From positions 9,858,001 through 9,922,000 of the forward strand of contig CM120646.1 of assembly GCA_051362555.1 (NCBI GenBank): a stretch of DNA of 64,000 nucleotides, given 5' to 3'. Of this stretch, positions 63,948 through 64,000 are shown in pieces (the stretch's first letter is position 1; every line of letters starts with the position of its first letter). The notes under the pieces were generated by a model that did no database searches, was not told where the DNA came from, and was given only the letters and a program-made list of their open reading frames with translations. The position numbers and the translations under genes were made by a program. This DNA is from Lingula anatina. Taxonomy: Eukaryota > Animalia > Brachiopoda.

Positions 63948-64000
63948 GTATCTTACTTTCAGGTTTATACTATATTGAAGTTTGTTGTTTTGTGAATACC

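Noticed and set aside
63948-63960. Possible U12-type donor GTATCTTA in SMARCE1
   Set aside because: Does not match RTATCCTT; branch site is outside the window

Overview
AT-rich, intron-rich animal genomic DNA, probably a marine lophotrochozoan such as a mollusc (inferred from repeat types; not determinable here). Two genes lie head-to-head around a small CpG-containing promoter at ~47.8-48.1 kb. On the minus strand is TOPBP1: a non-coding first exon plus 35 phase-consistent coding exons from 43589 to 1317 (1299 codons, BRCT0-6 and the ATR-activation domain; BRCT7/8 lie beyond base 1). On the plus strand is SMARCE1/BAF57: 9 coding exons from 49286 to 63947 (284 codons, HMG box and coiled coil; continues past the window). 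Introns are filled with nested Helentron-type (DINE/HINE-like) elements carrying 146-bp and ~161-bp tandem arrays, a ~1-kb near-perfect foldback, several MITE families, a Penelope-like RT relic, and a degenerate long-TIR element with promoter motifs in TOPBP1 intron 1. Most notable: three tandem duplications seeded on TOPBP1 splice junctions, a candidate in-frame cassette exon inside BRCT4, and a possible transposon-borne promoter facing SMARCE1. All calls were made by eye without database searches; no clearly novel protein-coding system was found.
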